Shown: piece by piece, positions 1-9,741 of the stretch
Numbering within the stretch: position 1 is the first letter of the stretch
Layout of the letters: each line of letters starts with the position of its first letter
Origin: a virus
Lineage: Duplodnaviria; Caudoviricetes
Length of the DNA stretch: 64,000 nt
Direction: 5' to 3' (one strand)
Virus record (IMG/VR): IMGVR_UViG_3300007512_001664
Coordinates: 136,820-200,819 of that record
Notes under the pieces: generated by a model
The model's database searches: none
Told to the model about the DNA's origin: nothing
What the model saw: the letters and a program-made list of their open reading frames with translations, nothing else
Program-made: the position numbers and the translations under genes

Positions 1-895
1 GCCATATAAAACATTTTTCTCCTTGACTGAGTAATAGTCGAGTTTTCTCTTTTGCTGTCTCGTCGCAATATTGATTATCAAGAACCCAAATACGTTTATG
101 GAAGGGTTTTTGATTTATTTGTTGCTGTTGTCGTTTTGTAAAACAAGATCTACCTTTACTAATACCTCCTACTGCAACACCATTTTTAACAAAAAAACTA
201 TCTATAGGCCCTTCGAAAATAAAAATATAATCTAAATCGTTATCTATTTTATCAATATTAAATATTGTTTTATCGGCTCCTATTTTTGAAAGATATTTTG
301 GCTTTGTATCTTTTTTATTTTGTTTTAATTTTCTCGATTGATAAAATATAATTTTATTGTCGTCATAGAAAGGTATTATTATTCTATTTTTATGGACGAA
401 ATCATTTCTACTAAACCACAACGTTTTAGGTTTATTAATTGCAGTTAGTAATCTCCTTTCTTTGCATGTAATTATAGCATGATTTACCATAGGTTCATGA
501 TTATAAAAACTACACTGTACTTTATCATATAAATTAACACAATCACCGGGAAGAGACTGTGGCGGTTTCTCCGGAGTTATGGGAATGTCCTTTTCAATAG
601 GAATATTAAATACATTTACATTCTTACATTCATTAATTATATCAATGTAATTTTTACCTGTTACCTCTTGAACCCACTTTACAGGTGAACCACTCCAACC
701 ACAATTATGACAGAAAATATGATTTTCTTTTACTATATAGTAAAGTCTTCTTTTTTTATTCCAAGATTTACCTTCTCTACAGACCGGGCAACCGCCTTCG
801 TATACATTAGTTAATTTTTTATACTTAGGATACCCTGCGTATTGATAAAATTTTTCTACTATATACTCCTGCGGTATAACGTCACTTAGGCTCAT
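1..895 (-). CDS. gp61: DNA primase (T4 gp61-like), runs off the left edge of the window
   Basis: Not in the ORF track. Manual translation from ATG at 895: MSLSDVIPQEYIVEKFYQYAGYPK..GGCPVCREG..FCHNCGW (zinc ribbon), TOPRIM IFEGPIDSFF and WVLDNQ. Confidence 0.9.
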   Translation of the reverse strand, partial: MSLSDVIPQEYIVEKFYQYAGYPKYKKLTNVYEGGCPVCREGKSWNKKRRLYYIVKENHIFCHNCGWSGSPVKWVQEVTGKNYIDIINECKNVNVFNIPIEKDIPITPEKPPQSLPGDCVNLYDKVQCSFYNHEPMVNHAIITCKERRLLTAINKPKTLWFSRNDFVHKNRIIIPFYDDNKIIFYQSRKLKQNKKDTKPKYLSKIGADKTIFNIDKIDNDLDYIFIFEGPIDSFFVKNGVAVGGISKGRSCFTKRQQQQINQKPFHKRIWVLDNQYCDETAKEKTRLLLSQGEKCFIW

Positions 896-1076
896 CTTTT
901 ACTGGTCGGACATCTACTATTTGTTTTGTAATAAATTGACCAGTATGAGGATCGTTATAATGCGCTTCCGTACGTATTTCATTACCCATTCTAACCTCTC
1001 TCATCGTAGGTGTAATTGTATTACCTGCTGGGCCCATTATGTTATTTGGATTTTTTTTATATTCAACTTTTCGCAT
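882..1076 (-). CDS. hypothetical protein (64 aa)
   Basis: Overlaps both neighbours in a tightly packed operon; no motif recognised. Confidence 0.6.
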   Translation of the reverse strand: MRKVEYKKNPNNIMGPAGNTITPTMREVRMGNEIRTEAHYNDPHTGQFITKQIVDVRPVKDEPK

Positions 1077-1965
1077 TTTTAATCGCCTTGTTAATAATAT
1101 TTATTATATTTTCGTTATTATTAAACGATTCGCGCCATGAAGAATAGTTTCTCACAACAGACCACATGTTCAATTTCTTTGCTTCTTCTATAAACTTTTT
1201 ATAATCACTCTTATGTTTCTTGCATTTTTCTAATTGCTCTTCATATACTGGTACTTCGTCAGGATAGTAATCATAACCTGTAGTTAAGTCCATTAATTTT
1301 AAATTCCTCTCGTAAATAACTTGTTGTTCATCTGTTAATCGATTTAAATCTAATTTTTTAAATCGAGCAAGACCATATCTAGGTATTCCAGGTATATTAT
1401 CAGACTTATCACCTGTTACTGCTCTGTAATTTAAATATTGCTCTTTAGTTACTCCTGTATACTCTTCGAAGTTTTGTAACGTAACTATTTTCTTTTTTAT
1501 AGGGCTATAAATTCTAGTATCAACAGAGATTGTTTGTAGTAAATCTTTATCAGTGGTTACTATAACACTTTTACCGGGTAGGTGAGATGATAACCAAGAC
1601 ATTAAATCATCAGCCTCCATCCTTAACGGATACATATTATGTACACCTAATAAGGAAATAACATCTTGTATTTTTTCTGAGTATTCATGAACATCTTTGA
1701 ACTTATCGTCGTCTCTATTTGCTTTATACTCTACGGTAATAACTTCACTCCTGAAATTAGACGAAGGCCATTCTAACTTCTTATCCCATGTACAATAAAT
1801 TTGTTTTGGCTGAAACTTGTCTACATACGATTTTAAAGATCGTAAGAATAAAAATACTTGACCAGGACTATCTTTTTCGTCTAATTTGAAATTATTAGTC
1901 CAAAATATTCGGTATAAGAGGTTATTACCATCAATTATGAGATTGTTAGTTCCACCATTTTTCAT
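1063..1965 (-). CDS. rnh: RNase H / 5'-3' flap exonuclease (T4 rnh-like)
   Basis: IIDGNNLLYR, YKANR, MEADD, TTDKD and GDKSDNIPGI motifs. Confidence 0.92.
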   Translation of the reverse strand: MKNGGTNNLIIDGNNLLYRIFWTNNFKLDEKDSPGQVFLFLRSLKSYVDKFQPKQIYCTWDKKLEWPSSNFRSEVITVEYKANRDDDKFKDVHEYSEKIQDVISLLGVHNMYPLRMEADDLMSWLSSHLPGKSVIVTTDKDLLQTISVDTRIYSPIKKKIVTLQNFEEYTGVTKEQYLNYRAVTGDKSDNIPGIPRYGLARFKKLDLNRLTDEQQVIYERNLKLMDLTTGYDYYPDEVPVYEEQLEKCKKHKSDYKKFIEEAKKLNMWSVVRNYSSWRESFNNNENIINIINKAIKNAKS

Positions 1966-2950
1966 TTTTAATATACCACATTATAGTATATTTTAAATCA
2001 TCGGCAAATGTTTTTTTAGTTTCAGAAAATTCTAATTGATCTCCTGCTTTAATTATCATCGATTTATATATTGAATCACTTAAGCTATATCTAAGATCAT
2101 GACCTTTCCTATCCTCAGCAAAACTAATTAATTTTTTAGGTTTATCGAGTATGTCTAATATGAGATTTACAATTTCAATATTAGGTATTTCCGATTGATA
2201 GTGCGAGTCAGGAGCAAGGTTATATATTGTTCCTGAGGTTCCTAGTTTTAATACGTTATATATTTTTTCGCAATGATCTTTGACGTATATCCATTGACGT
2301 ATGTTATCACCTTTACCATATACCGGTATCTGTTCGTCGTTAGTAGCTTTTTGAGCGATAACTGGAATAAGTTTCTCGGGGTATTGCCTAGGACCAAAAT
2401 TATTTGTACATCTCGTTACGATAATATCTTTCTTATATGTTTTATGAAAAGATAATGCTAATAAATCAGCGCCTGCTTTTGTTGCAGAGTATATAGAAGA
2501 TGGTTCTAATAAGTCATCCTCTTCACTAGGGTTCGAATCAAATTGTAAACTACCATATACTTCATCTGTCCCTACTTGGAGAAATCTCGTATTGTCAGGT
2601 AATTGTTTTAATAATTCATACACACCTACATAATTACTATCAATAAAAACATCCCCGTCGTTAATACTATTATCTACGTGTGATTCAGCTGCGAAATTTA
2701 CAATATAATCATATTGTTTATCCAATTTAAAATCCGAGACACTTACATATATTATATCTAATTTATTACTAGACCCATCCGGGTGCTTATATAAATCCCA
2801 TAGATAATCTTCAGTGTTCTGTGATACACAATAGGCATAACTATCTATTATTGTTACATTACAGTTTTCACATTCACGGTGAAGTAGCTCTACGAAATGA
2901 CTTCCAATGAATCCCAAGCCACCTGTTACTAGGATGTTTTTATCTTTCAT
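1946..2950 (-). CDS. rmlB: dTDP/UDP-glucose 4,6-dehydratase
   Basis: TGGLGFIG, NFAAESHVDNS, TDEVYG, YSATK, RCTNNFGPRQYPEKLIP, DRKGHDLRYS. Confidence 0.95.
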   Translation of the reverse strand: MKDKNILVTGGLGFIGSHFVELLHRECENCNVTIIDSYAYCVSQNTEDYLWDLYKHPDGSSNKLDIIYVSVSDFKLDKQYDYIVNFAAESHVDNSINDGDVFIDSNYVGVYELLKQLPDNTRFLQVGTDEVYGSLQFDSNPSEEDDLLEPSSIYSATKAGADLLALSFHKTYKKDIIVTRCTNNFGPRQYPEKLIPVIAQKATNDEQIPVYGKGDNIRQWIYVKDHCEKIYNVLKLGTSGTIYNLAPDSHYQSEIPNIEIVNLILDILDKPKKLISFAEDRKGHDLRYSLSDSIYKSMIIKAGDQLEFSETKKTFADDLKYTIMWYIKNEKWWN

Positions 2951-3869
2951 CTGCTATTTCTTTAGTAAAATATGTTTCTTTTTTACCTAATATTCTAAAT
3001 AGTGATTCTCGTTCCGTTGGCATATCTAACCCACGTGCTTTTAATTTATCTATTGATAAAACGCAATTAGATCTATTAGCAACAATATGTTGTTTTAATT
3101 CATTGTAAGTAATAAACTTCCAATGAGGATTCCACAAACCATGCTCATCTAAAATGCTACAAACTTCAGATGTTTGAAGAGGTTCAGGGTTTACGCAATT
3201 ATAAACACCACCGGGTAAGTCTTCGATGTTAACTATTTTATTAATTACGACTAGTAAATCCTCAATAACAGTTTTAGAGTTTACATCGTTTAAGACGTTA
3301 TTGTATTTTAAAATCTTACTTAAGTAGTTTTTTTGTGAATTAAAATCATTACAAATAGGCATTCTTATGCGTAGAGTATAAACATTGCCAAAGTTGTTTA
3401 AACATAATTCTGCTGCATGTTTTGTCTTACTATACCAACTACTATCAGGGTTAGTTAACCCGAAATTTGGCTCGTCTTCTTCAGTAAATGATACTGTGTC
3501 AAGCACGTCTAATGTATCATATATACACCCGGAACTTACATTAATAAGTTTCGCGTTATGTTGAGTACAGAATTGAGCTAACATAGTAGGTAGTGTTACG
3601 TTCAAATCCCAGCATGTTTGTTTTTGTTCTTCACATGCGTCTACATTTGGAGAACCAGTAAAACCAACACAATTAATTACCCATTTGTTTTGTGATCCTC
3701 GGAACTCGGTTATTAAATTAGTAAATAATGTTTCTTTTAACTTTTCGGGTGAAGTATATGGATAGTTCGACAAGCGAACTACATCGTATATACCTTCTAA
3801 GTTCTCTTCAAAATGCTTATAAGCCTTCTTCCCAATATAACCGTTACCTAAGACAATTATTTTATTCAT
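2940..3869 (-). CDS. NDP-4-keto-6-deoxyglucose 3,5-epimerase/4-reductase (NRS/ER-type, RmlD-like SDR)
   Basis: GNGYIG, GFTGSPNVDACE, SSGCIY, FTEEDEPNF, YSKTK, LRIRMPI, NSKTV and NRSN match, from memory, the plant NRS/ER and mimivirus L780 pattern. Confidence 0.8.
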   Translation of the reverse strand: MNKIIVLGNGYIGKKAYKHFEENLEGIYDVVRLSNYPYTSPEKLKETLFTNLITEFRGSQNKWVINCVGFTGSPNVDACEEQKQTCWDLNVTLPTMLAQFCTQHNAKLINVSSGCIYDTLDVLDTVSFTEEDEPNFGLTNPDSSWYSKTKHAAELCLNNFGNVYTLRIRMPICNDFNSQKNYLSKILKYNNVLNDVNSKTVIEDLLVVINKIVNIEDLPGGVYNCVNPEPLQTSEVCSILDEHGLWNPHWKFITYNELKQHIVANRSNCVLSIDKLKARGLDMPTERESLFRILGKKETYFTKEIADER

Positions 3870-4155
3870 TTGTATTTGTTTGTTCTTGTATGTCTTTAAA
3901 AAAGTCTATGTTACCTACTCGTCGTAATAATGTTTCAATAGCGTCATAATCTTGAGGATTCTTACCTGAAACAATTACTACACTTTCTCCTTTAAGGTCA
4001 TATCCGAGTAATATAAATGATTTTAGATGCTCAGCAAGATAATCATTAATAAACGACATATCTTGTTCTTCCATAGATTCAACAGACTCGGCTGCGTTAA
4101 TGCTGGATTTTAATAGATTATCAAAATTTTTAGGTTTTGGCATTTGTTTTTTCAT
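3862..4155 (-). CDS. hypothetical protein (97 aa)
   Basis: ORF with overlapping start/stop junctions. Confidence 0.7.
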   Translation of the reverse strand: MKKQMPKPKNFDNLLKSSINAAESVESMEEQDMSFINDYLAEHLKSFILLGYDLKGESVVIVSGKNPQDYDAIETLLRRVGNIDFFKDIQEQTNTNE

Positions 4156-4444
4156 TAGGCGTAATATTTTTTTCGATTAATTTAGTCATAATAACCTCCA
4201 TACTATCTGTTTTTAATTGAAGATTTTTAAATAACACACCATCATGTAATTCGAATTTAAAGTCACCTGTCCAGTCATAATTAACATAACACGTTATAAA
4301 TAAGGCTGCCTTTTCTGGATTAATCATTATTGTCCAGCGTCTCGGGTCTTCAGAAGTATAATCAGAAAAAATTCTATTGACCTTATAACCGTTATCTCTT
4401 AAGCGCTTGATAAAATAACCACAAGTTGTGACTTTATTTTTCAT
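4130..4444 (-). CDS. hypothetical protein (104 aa)
   Basis: ORF in operon with a TAATG junction to the upstream gene. Confidence 0.7.
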   Translation of the reverse strand: MKNKVTTCGYFIKRLRDNGYKVNRIFSDYTSEDPRRWTIMINPEKAALFITCYVNYDWTGDFKFELHDGVLFKNLQLKTDSMEVIMTKLIEKNITPNEKTNAKT

Positions 4445-5175
4445 TAATTTTTATAACTAGTACTGACAAATGTAAGATTACTGCCTTCTAATTGAAGTTT
4501 AATCATAAGCATTTTATACTCGTTATTTATATATATCGTTGCTTCGGAAAAGCTCAATATGGATATTAGTCTAAATAGCTCTATATCTAAAATTAATTCA
4601 TAATCTAATTTATCTCCTTCATACCCTTCGGCGAGTATTGTAGTATAACTGTCAACGTTTTGTAGTTTTTTATCTGACAGTTCGGCGTACACATTTGTGT
4701 TTTCGGTTTTAAGATATAGTTTACTTGATTCGGTAACGAACGGTAGTGCTTTTAATATTGCGCTGTTCTTTTCTTTTGTCAGTTTAAAGTTAGTACTAAA
4801 TGTAATGTCATTAATTTTATCAAAATTAAATACACCGTTTTTAGCTATGCTATTATCAAATAAATGATATGTAAATCGATTAGCACTGCTATTATATTTT
4901 ATACAATTAGTCTGTATTTCTAGATCAATATTATCTTCATCTAAACATGATAAAATTTTAATTAGTTTTACTGTATCTGGTAAACATATATTATTTCGAT
5001 CGGGTTGCTCCACCCAGTTAATCTTATATTCTGCTTTAAGAAAAATATTAGAATTATTATGTACTATAGTAGATATATTGTCATTTATATCTAGTGTTAC
5101 AGATGAGTCTAATCGCGAGACTGGATTAAGAAAATTTTGAATAAAATTATCTTTATTCTTTATTGGTAGAATCAT
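4444..5175 (-). CDS. gp45: DNA polymerase sliding clamp (gp45-like)
   Basis: 243 aa, two-repeat beta-rich pattern typical of gp45/PCNA clamps; located near gp32. Confidence 0.65.
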   Translation of the reverse strand: MILPIKNKDNFIQNFLNPVSRLDSSVTLDINDNISTIVHNNSNIFLKAEYKINWVEQPDRNNICLPDTVKLIKILSCLDEDNIDLEIQTNCIKYNSSANRFTYHLFDNSIAKNGVFNFDKINDITFSTNFKLTKEKNSAILKALPFVTESSKLYLKTENTNVYAELSDKKLQNVDSYTTILAEGYEGDKLDYELILDIELFRLISILSFSEATIYINNEYKMLMIKLQLEGSNLTFVSTSYKN

Positions 5176-5557
5176 TATCTTCGTTCAATTTGATTCGTAT
5201 ATTAATTTCTTTTGCGTTTTTTGCAAGTCTACGTTCAATTAGAGTCAGAAATTTTGTAAGTTGTTTCTCAACGGAAGACACCCGCTCTATTAAATTGTTT
5301 AACAGAGCGGGATCTCCAGTCACTTGTTGTTGAGGGATGGCTTGTTGCTGTGTAGCTAACTGCTGTTGAATAAGGAATTGTTGCTGTGTAGCTAACTGTT
5401 GTTGTGCGGCTGGATTCTTCTTTTTCTTTTTATATATTCCTTTCTCTACAGGAATATCCTGCATTGTAGCGCTTTTTTGAACAATATTCTTGTTCATTTC
5501 CTTAGCTTGATCATTCATTTGATGAATGAACATTTTTAGTGCAACGTCGTCTTCCAT
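5153..5557 (-). CDS. hypothetical protein with Gln-rich linker and coiled coil
   Basis: QQQQLATQQQFLIQQQLATQQQ. Confidence 0.7.
   Translation of the reverse strand: MEDDVALKMFIHQMNDQAKEMNKNIVQKSATMQDIPVEKGIYKKKKKNPAAQQQLATQQQFLIQQQLATQQQAIPQQQVTGDPALLNNLIERVSSVEKQLTKFLTLIERRLAKNAKEINIRIKLNEDNDSTNKE
5342..5404. repeat. 27-bp direct repeat x2 (36-bp period) encoding QQQLATQQQ
   Basis: ttgttgctgtgtagctaactg(c/t)tgttg at 5342-5368 and 5378-5404, one mismatch. Confidence 0.9.
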
Positions 5558-5558
5558 T

Positions 5559-6425
5559 TTAATCTAAAGTATCAAGTAGTTCTTTAACTTTATCATCATC
5601 AATAGCAGGTGATTTAGAATCGTCTTTTGATGGAGTAGCATCTAAATCATCAAAATTTAAATCATCATCGTCATCATCTGAAGAGATTGTTGATGGTACT
5701 GTAGCAGTCTCTTGACCAGGGTCTTCTGTAACACCATGATAATGCTCATTAAGCATTGTTTGCAGTTCGTCATAACTCTTAACCGGAAAAACATTTTCTA
5801 AGTCAAATGTCTGTTCGTAGATATCTTTAATAGTATCACCTGTTACTCCTGAGATTTGAGAAGGTGATGCAAAACGAGAACTTACATATGTCGGGTACCC
5901 ACCCTGCTCTTCAACTTTAACTCTAAAGTTACAACCTTCCTTTGATAGGTCAAAGATCTTTTCACCAAATTCCTCAGCATCTTCTCCCTCCATAGCTTCC
6001 ATTACAATCTTATGTAATTGACGACCAAACCTAAGAATCTTTACCTTACCTTCATTCTCCGGTTTTTCCGGATCCTTTACTACATAGACATTAACAAGCC
6101 AGTTCTCTTTACGGTTTAAAGCTTTCGCCTTGTCTTTTTCTTCTTCAGAACCAGTACGGGAGATTCTATATCGTGCTTCTGCAATAGGATCCCTCTCTCC
6201 CCACGTCTGTGGACTAATTGCACTCTGGAATTGCCCGGTCATTTCACTCACCCAGCCGTGTGAGTAATAATGAAAAAACGTCTTACCAGGGTCTTTTACA
6301 AATGGTACAAGACGCAATACATATGTATTACCTGGTTTCAATCGCATAATATTACCAGTAGATGTCTTTTGTGCGTCTTGAGCCATTGCTCCTCTAATCG
6401 ATTCAAACATATTTTTCGTTGTCAT
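5559..6425 (-). CDS. gp32: single-stranded DNA-binding protein (gp32)
   Basis: YVLRLVP, YSHGW, DPIAE, NVYVVKDP..PENEGKVKI..FG, GCNFRVK, acidic C-terminal tail (DDDDDDLNFDDL..LLDTLD). Confidence 0.92.
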   Translation of the reverse strand: MTTKNMFESIRGAMAQDAQKTSTGNIMRLKPGNTYVLRLVPFVKDPGKTFFHYYSHGWVSEMTGQFQSAISPQTWGERDPIAEARYRISRTGSEEEKDKAKALNRKENWLVNVYVVKDPEKPENEGKVKILRFGRQLHKIVMEAMEGEDAEEFGEKIFDLSKEGCNFRVKVEEQGGYPTYVSSRFASPSQISGVTGDTIKDIYEQTFDLENVFPVKSYDELQTMLNEHYHGVTEDPGQETATVPSTISSDDDDDDLNFDDLDATPSKDDSKSPAIDDDKVKELLDTLD

Positions 6426-7063
6426 TTTCTTTTTAATATTTCGTTAATGGTTTTCGTTAATTTTATTCCCAATGGTTTGATTTTTTTCGAAAATGTATAT
6501 TTCGATCTCAAACTACTTAAAGTATTATAGAAACTACTACATACAAATTCAACTATATTTTTTTCTAGCTTAATATTTTTCTCTGATACGTTAAGCGCTA
6601 ATAAACTATAATAACTGATGTCTCTGTTTTTTAAATCTAAAATAAAATTTGGATACATACCTGATTCTACCTGTAGATATTCATTACACGTTGTAAGGTT
6701 ATTCTTGACACAGGTATCGTAAATAAATTTAAAGCTATCTCTTAATTTAACAATATTAAATTCGTGATCAGGTTCTGTTAATTCTAATTCTGTTACGTAT
6801 TTTTTATATGTAGAAATAGCATTAAATGTACTGTAGAAATCTAAAGGCACGTATTTTTCTGAATATAATTTATATGGTGCATTAAAAAATATATCTGGAT
6901 CTATATTTTTATTTTTTAAAGTACGTGATATTTTTTTTAATAGAACGTATTTTGTATCGTCTAGTTTTTGAAAATCTTTTCTTGGTGTGAATCCTTTTTT
7001 ATTTCTAGAAGTCTTCAGATAAAGATTATATATATTTTTTTCAAAAACTGATAATTCGCTCAT
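6422..7063 (-). CDS. gp59: putative helicase loader (gp59-like)
   Basis: About 210 aa, basic and helical, immediately upstream of gp32 as gene 59 is in T4. Mainly synteny. Confidence 0.5.
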   Translation of the reverse strand: MSELSVFEKNIYNLYLKTSRNKKGFTPRKDFQKLDDTKYVLLKKISRTLKNKNIDPDIFFNAPYKLYSEKYVPLDFYSTFNAISTYKKYVTELELTEPDHEFNIVKLRDSFKFIYDTCVKNNLTTCNEYLQVESGMYPNFILDLKNRDISYYSLLALNVSEKNIKLEKNIVEFVCSSFYNTLSSLRSKYTFSKKIKPLGIKLTKTINEILKRK

Positions 7064-7338
7064 AAATCAATAGAATTTCTTTTGAGATATTTAGTTATAT
7101 ATTTACTTTTATACAAATAAGGATCATGTTGTAAAAATAATTTAACTAACTCAAAATTACTATCTAATAATAACGACGCTTTAAATAATTCTCTATACTT
7201 TTCTTCTTTAAGAACTAATAAAAATACATTGGCGAGATTAATTTTTCGGTTCTCGGAAATTGAAATAAAACTACATAATGACAAGAAAACATGTACAATA
7301 TCTTTTCGTTCTAAAATTGTATATGGACTGTCTGTCAT
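7060..7338 (-). CDS. hypothetical protein (92 aa)
   Basis: ATGA-type overlaps with both neighbours. Confidence 0.65.
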   Translation of the reverse strand: MTDSPYTILERKDIVHVFLSLCSFISISENRKINLANVFLLVLKEEKYRELFKASLLLDSNFELVKLFLQHDPYLYKSKYITKYLKRNSIDL

Positions 7339-8234
7339 TTTGTATCTAGTGGTTCGAATTGCTTGCTCAAAGAGAGCACATTATCGTTTAACATACCACC
7401 GGCTGCATATTCATGACCACCACCGTCGCATATCTTCTTAGCAAAAGTACTTAAATTAAAATCTATATTTCTATTTCTTCGGAGATATACTCTTTTGTTT
7501 TTTAAATTAATCATCATACATACATCGCAATCATAAGTATCAACAATATATTGACCTAAATCGTTAATATATTCATTTGCAAATGTACTAATAAAGTTAT
7601 ATTCCTTTCCACCTATAGATAATTTTGCTTTAAATAAATCTATGGTTTCTCTCATTTTTTTAAATTTATAAAAATGATAACTAATTATTTTATTTTGTTC
7701 GTTTGTGAATCCGAAGAAACCATTTTCAAAATCGTTAATAAAGTTTTGCAGCTTATCACCATTTTTGTACCATAGATAGAAATTTAATTTATTACTCTCC
7801 GGGTATTTTAATTCATAACAATCATAATCATTTGCAAATGTAATTAATTTTTTCTGTTCCTTAGTAAGATTTACATTTGGATATATATGATTTAATATTT
7901 GATATAAATGTTTACTGCATGATGGTTGATTTACATTTATATATGTTTTAGCAAAAGAATAATCATCCTCATGAGATTTATGATGATCAAAAATAATTAC
8001 ATTTTTTTTGTCTATTAAATCTTTAATTTCTGTAGTATCTAAATCAAAGAAGTATACTCTTTTATAATCCTCAATTTTATTATAATTGAGCCATCCTAAT
8101 AGTTTTTCACGTATGTTAGAAACCTTTAATGTAACAGCTTTTGGTTTAGTCTGTTTAAACCATGTATAAATTAAATAGCTACAACAACCGTCGAGATCTA
8201 GGTCGGTAAAAATTATTTCATCCTTATTATTCAT
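7335..8234 (-). CDS. DHH/DHHA1 family phosphoesterase (RecJ/NrnA-like)
   Basis: TDLDLDG, FFDL, FDHH and GGGHEYAAG motifs. Confidence 0.88.
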   Translation of the reverse strand: MNNKDEIIFTDLDLDGCCSYLIYTWFKQTKPKAVTLKVSNIREKLLGWLNYNKIEDYKRVYFFDLDTTEIKDLIDKKNVIIFDHHKSHEDDYSFAKTYINVNQPSCSKHLYQILNHIYPNVNLTKEQKKLITFANDYDCYELKYPESNKLNFYLWYKNGDKLQNFINDFENGFFGFTNEQNKIISYHFYKFKKMRETIDLFKAKLSIGGKEYNFISTFANEYINDLGQYIVDTYDCDVCMMINLKNKRVYLRRNRNIDFNLSTFAKKICDGGGHEYAAGGMLNDNVLSLSKQFEPLDTK

Positions 8235-8379
8235 TTAGTTCTTCTTCTGTTAAAATATTACCATAATGAGGCCAACCGTAATCTTCTGGATGTTCTCCTA
8301 AATATCTCCAACGTATTACATTAGTATCGGGATTGCGTTCGTATATCTTTGGTCTTTTTTTATTGTTATCCTCAGACAT
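8227..8379 (-). CDS. small hypothetical protein (50 aa)
   Basis: Manual translation MSEDNNKKRPKIYERNPDTNVIRWRYLGEHPEDYGWPHYGNILTEEELNE; fills the gap exactly; not in the ORF track. Confidence 0.6.
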   Translation of the reverse strand: MSEDNNKKRPKIYERNPDTNVIRWRYLGEHPEDYGWPHYGNILTEEELNE

Positions 8380-8388
8380 TATATATAT

Positions 8389-9741
8389 TTACATCACTCT
8401 TCCGAATTGTACAGCGTCATCTTCCGCAGCGTTCACATCTTCATTTATATTCAAATCGTTATTTTCTGTAAGAGTAAGAGTGTTATAGTCTATAGACACT
8501 CGAGTACTACCCGTGTTAGAACCAAATCGATTTTTAATAATACCTATATGAAGAGCATCATCTTCTTCATCCTCTTCTGTTCTCCATATACTAACTATTG
8601 CATCAGCAGTAGCTCCTAGACCATAACTTTCACCAATAGCATCTAAACCAGGACCACCAGCGTTATTACCTGTACCGTACCCTGTTCTGTTTACTTGTGT
8701 TGCAGATACAATTGGACATTCAAAGGTATATGACATTGCTCTTACTTGTTCAGATATACTTTTTATTCGTTCATATGAATTATTACCATATGTACTTGCC
8801 ATTAAGTTTAAATAATCAAGTACAATAATATCAGGTTTAAATTTTTTGTTTATTAGTTTTTTTATAAAACCTTCTAATTGTGGAGGTGTAATTGAACTCG
8901 GAGCAAATTCTTTAATTATAATATTTCCTCGAGGGTGTGTTATTTTAAATTTACCTACTCTATCTCTCAATTCTTCGACGTGATCATCTAAATGATTTAT
9001 AGGTAATCCAGTAAGCTTAGATGTAATTCGTTTACAATAAATCATTTCTGACATTTCGAGAGAAATAACTAAAACATTTTTATCTTCTGCTGCAGCGTTA
9101 CTTGCTATATTACTCAAGAATATAGATTTTCCAACGTTAGTAGGTCCAGCAAAAATATACATACTACGCCCTTGTTCGAGGAATCCTCCTCCTAATCTAG
9201 TATCAAGCCAATCCCAGCCTGTTTTAATTTTTTCTTCCCGTGTCGTTAGGTCAGTAATATGTTGCTCTACATCTTTAAAATAATTATGACCTGTATTTGT
9301 CGTAATAGAGATGTTACATGCTTTTGAGAACTTATCATGAATGCTTTTTACATCTCTTTCTTTATTATCAACAATTTCTAAAAACGTATTAAACACAGCT
9401 TGTTCTTGTAAAAACTTCTCTGTGTAAGAAAGTAATAAGTCATTAGATAATTCTACTTCTAAAACATCAATGATTTTTTTACTTGCTTCGTAATGCTGTT
9501 TAAGTTGTGGTGTGTTTAAATATAATTGTAATTCAGTAATAGTCGGACGTCTATTATTCTTCCGATAAAGTGCTTGAATGATTTTAATTATTTGCTGAAA
9601 GTCTTTATTCTTAAAAAATTTATAATTAAGATTATCAATAATAGAATTTAGATAAACTTCGTCTTCAAGACAATTCTTAAAAACTACCTTTTCTAAATAT
9701 TCTAAATCTATATCTAAGTAATTACTTTCGTTTGTTAGCAT
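8389..9741 (-). CDS. gp41: replicative DnaB-like helicase (gp41)
   Basis: Walker A AGPTNVGKS, ISLEMSE, IVLDYLNL, SATQVNR, ESYGLGATAD, KNRFG. Confidence 0.95.
   Translation of the reverse strand: MLTNESNYLDIDLEYLEKVVFKNCLEDEVYLNSIIDNLNYKFFKNKDFQQIIKIIQALYRKNNRRPTITELQLYLNTPQLKQHYEASKKIIDVLEVELSNDLLLSYTEKFLQEQAVFNTFLEIVDNKERDVKSIHDKFSKACNISITTNTGHNYFKDVEQHITDLTTREEKIKTGWDWLDTRLGGGFLEQGRSMYIFAGPTNVGKSIFLSNIASNAAAEDKNVLVISLEMSEMIYCKRITSKLTGLPINHLDDHVEELRDRVGKFKITHPRGNIIIKEFAPSSITPPQLEGFIKKLINKKFKPDIIVLDYLNLMASTYGNNSYERIKSISEQVRAMSYTFECPIVSATQVNRTGYGTGNNAGGPGLDAIGESYGLGATADAIVSIWRTEEDEEDDALHIGIIKNRFGSNTGSTRVSIDYNTLTLTENNDLNINEDVNAAEDDAVQFGRVM

Noticed and set aside
5559-6425. gp32 lacking the T4 zinc-binding cysteines
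   Set aside because: Zinc-free gp32 variants are already known among distant T4 relatives.
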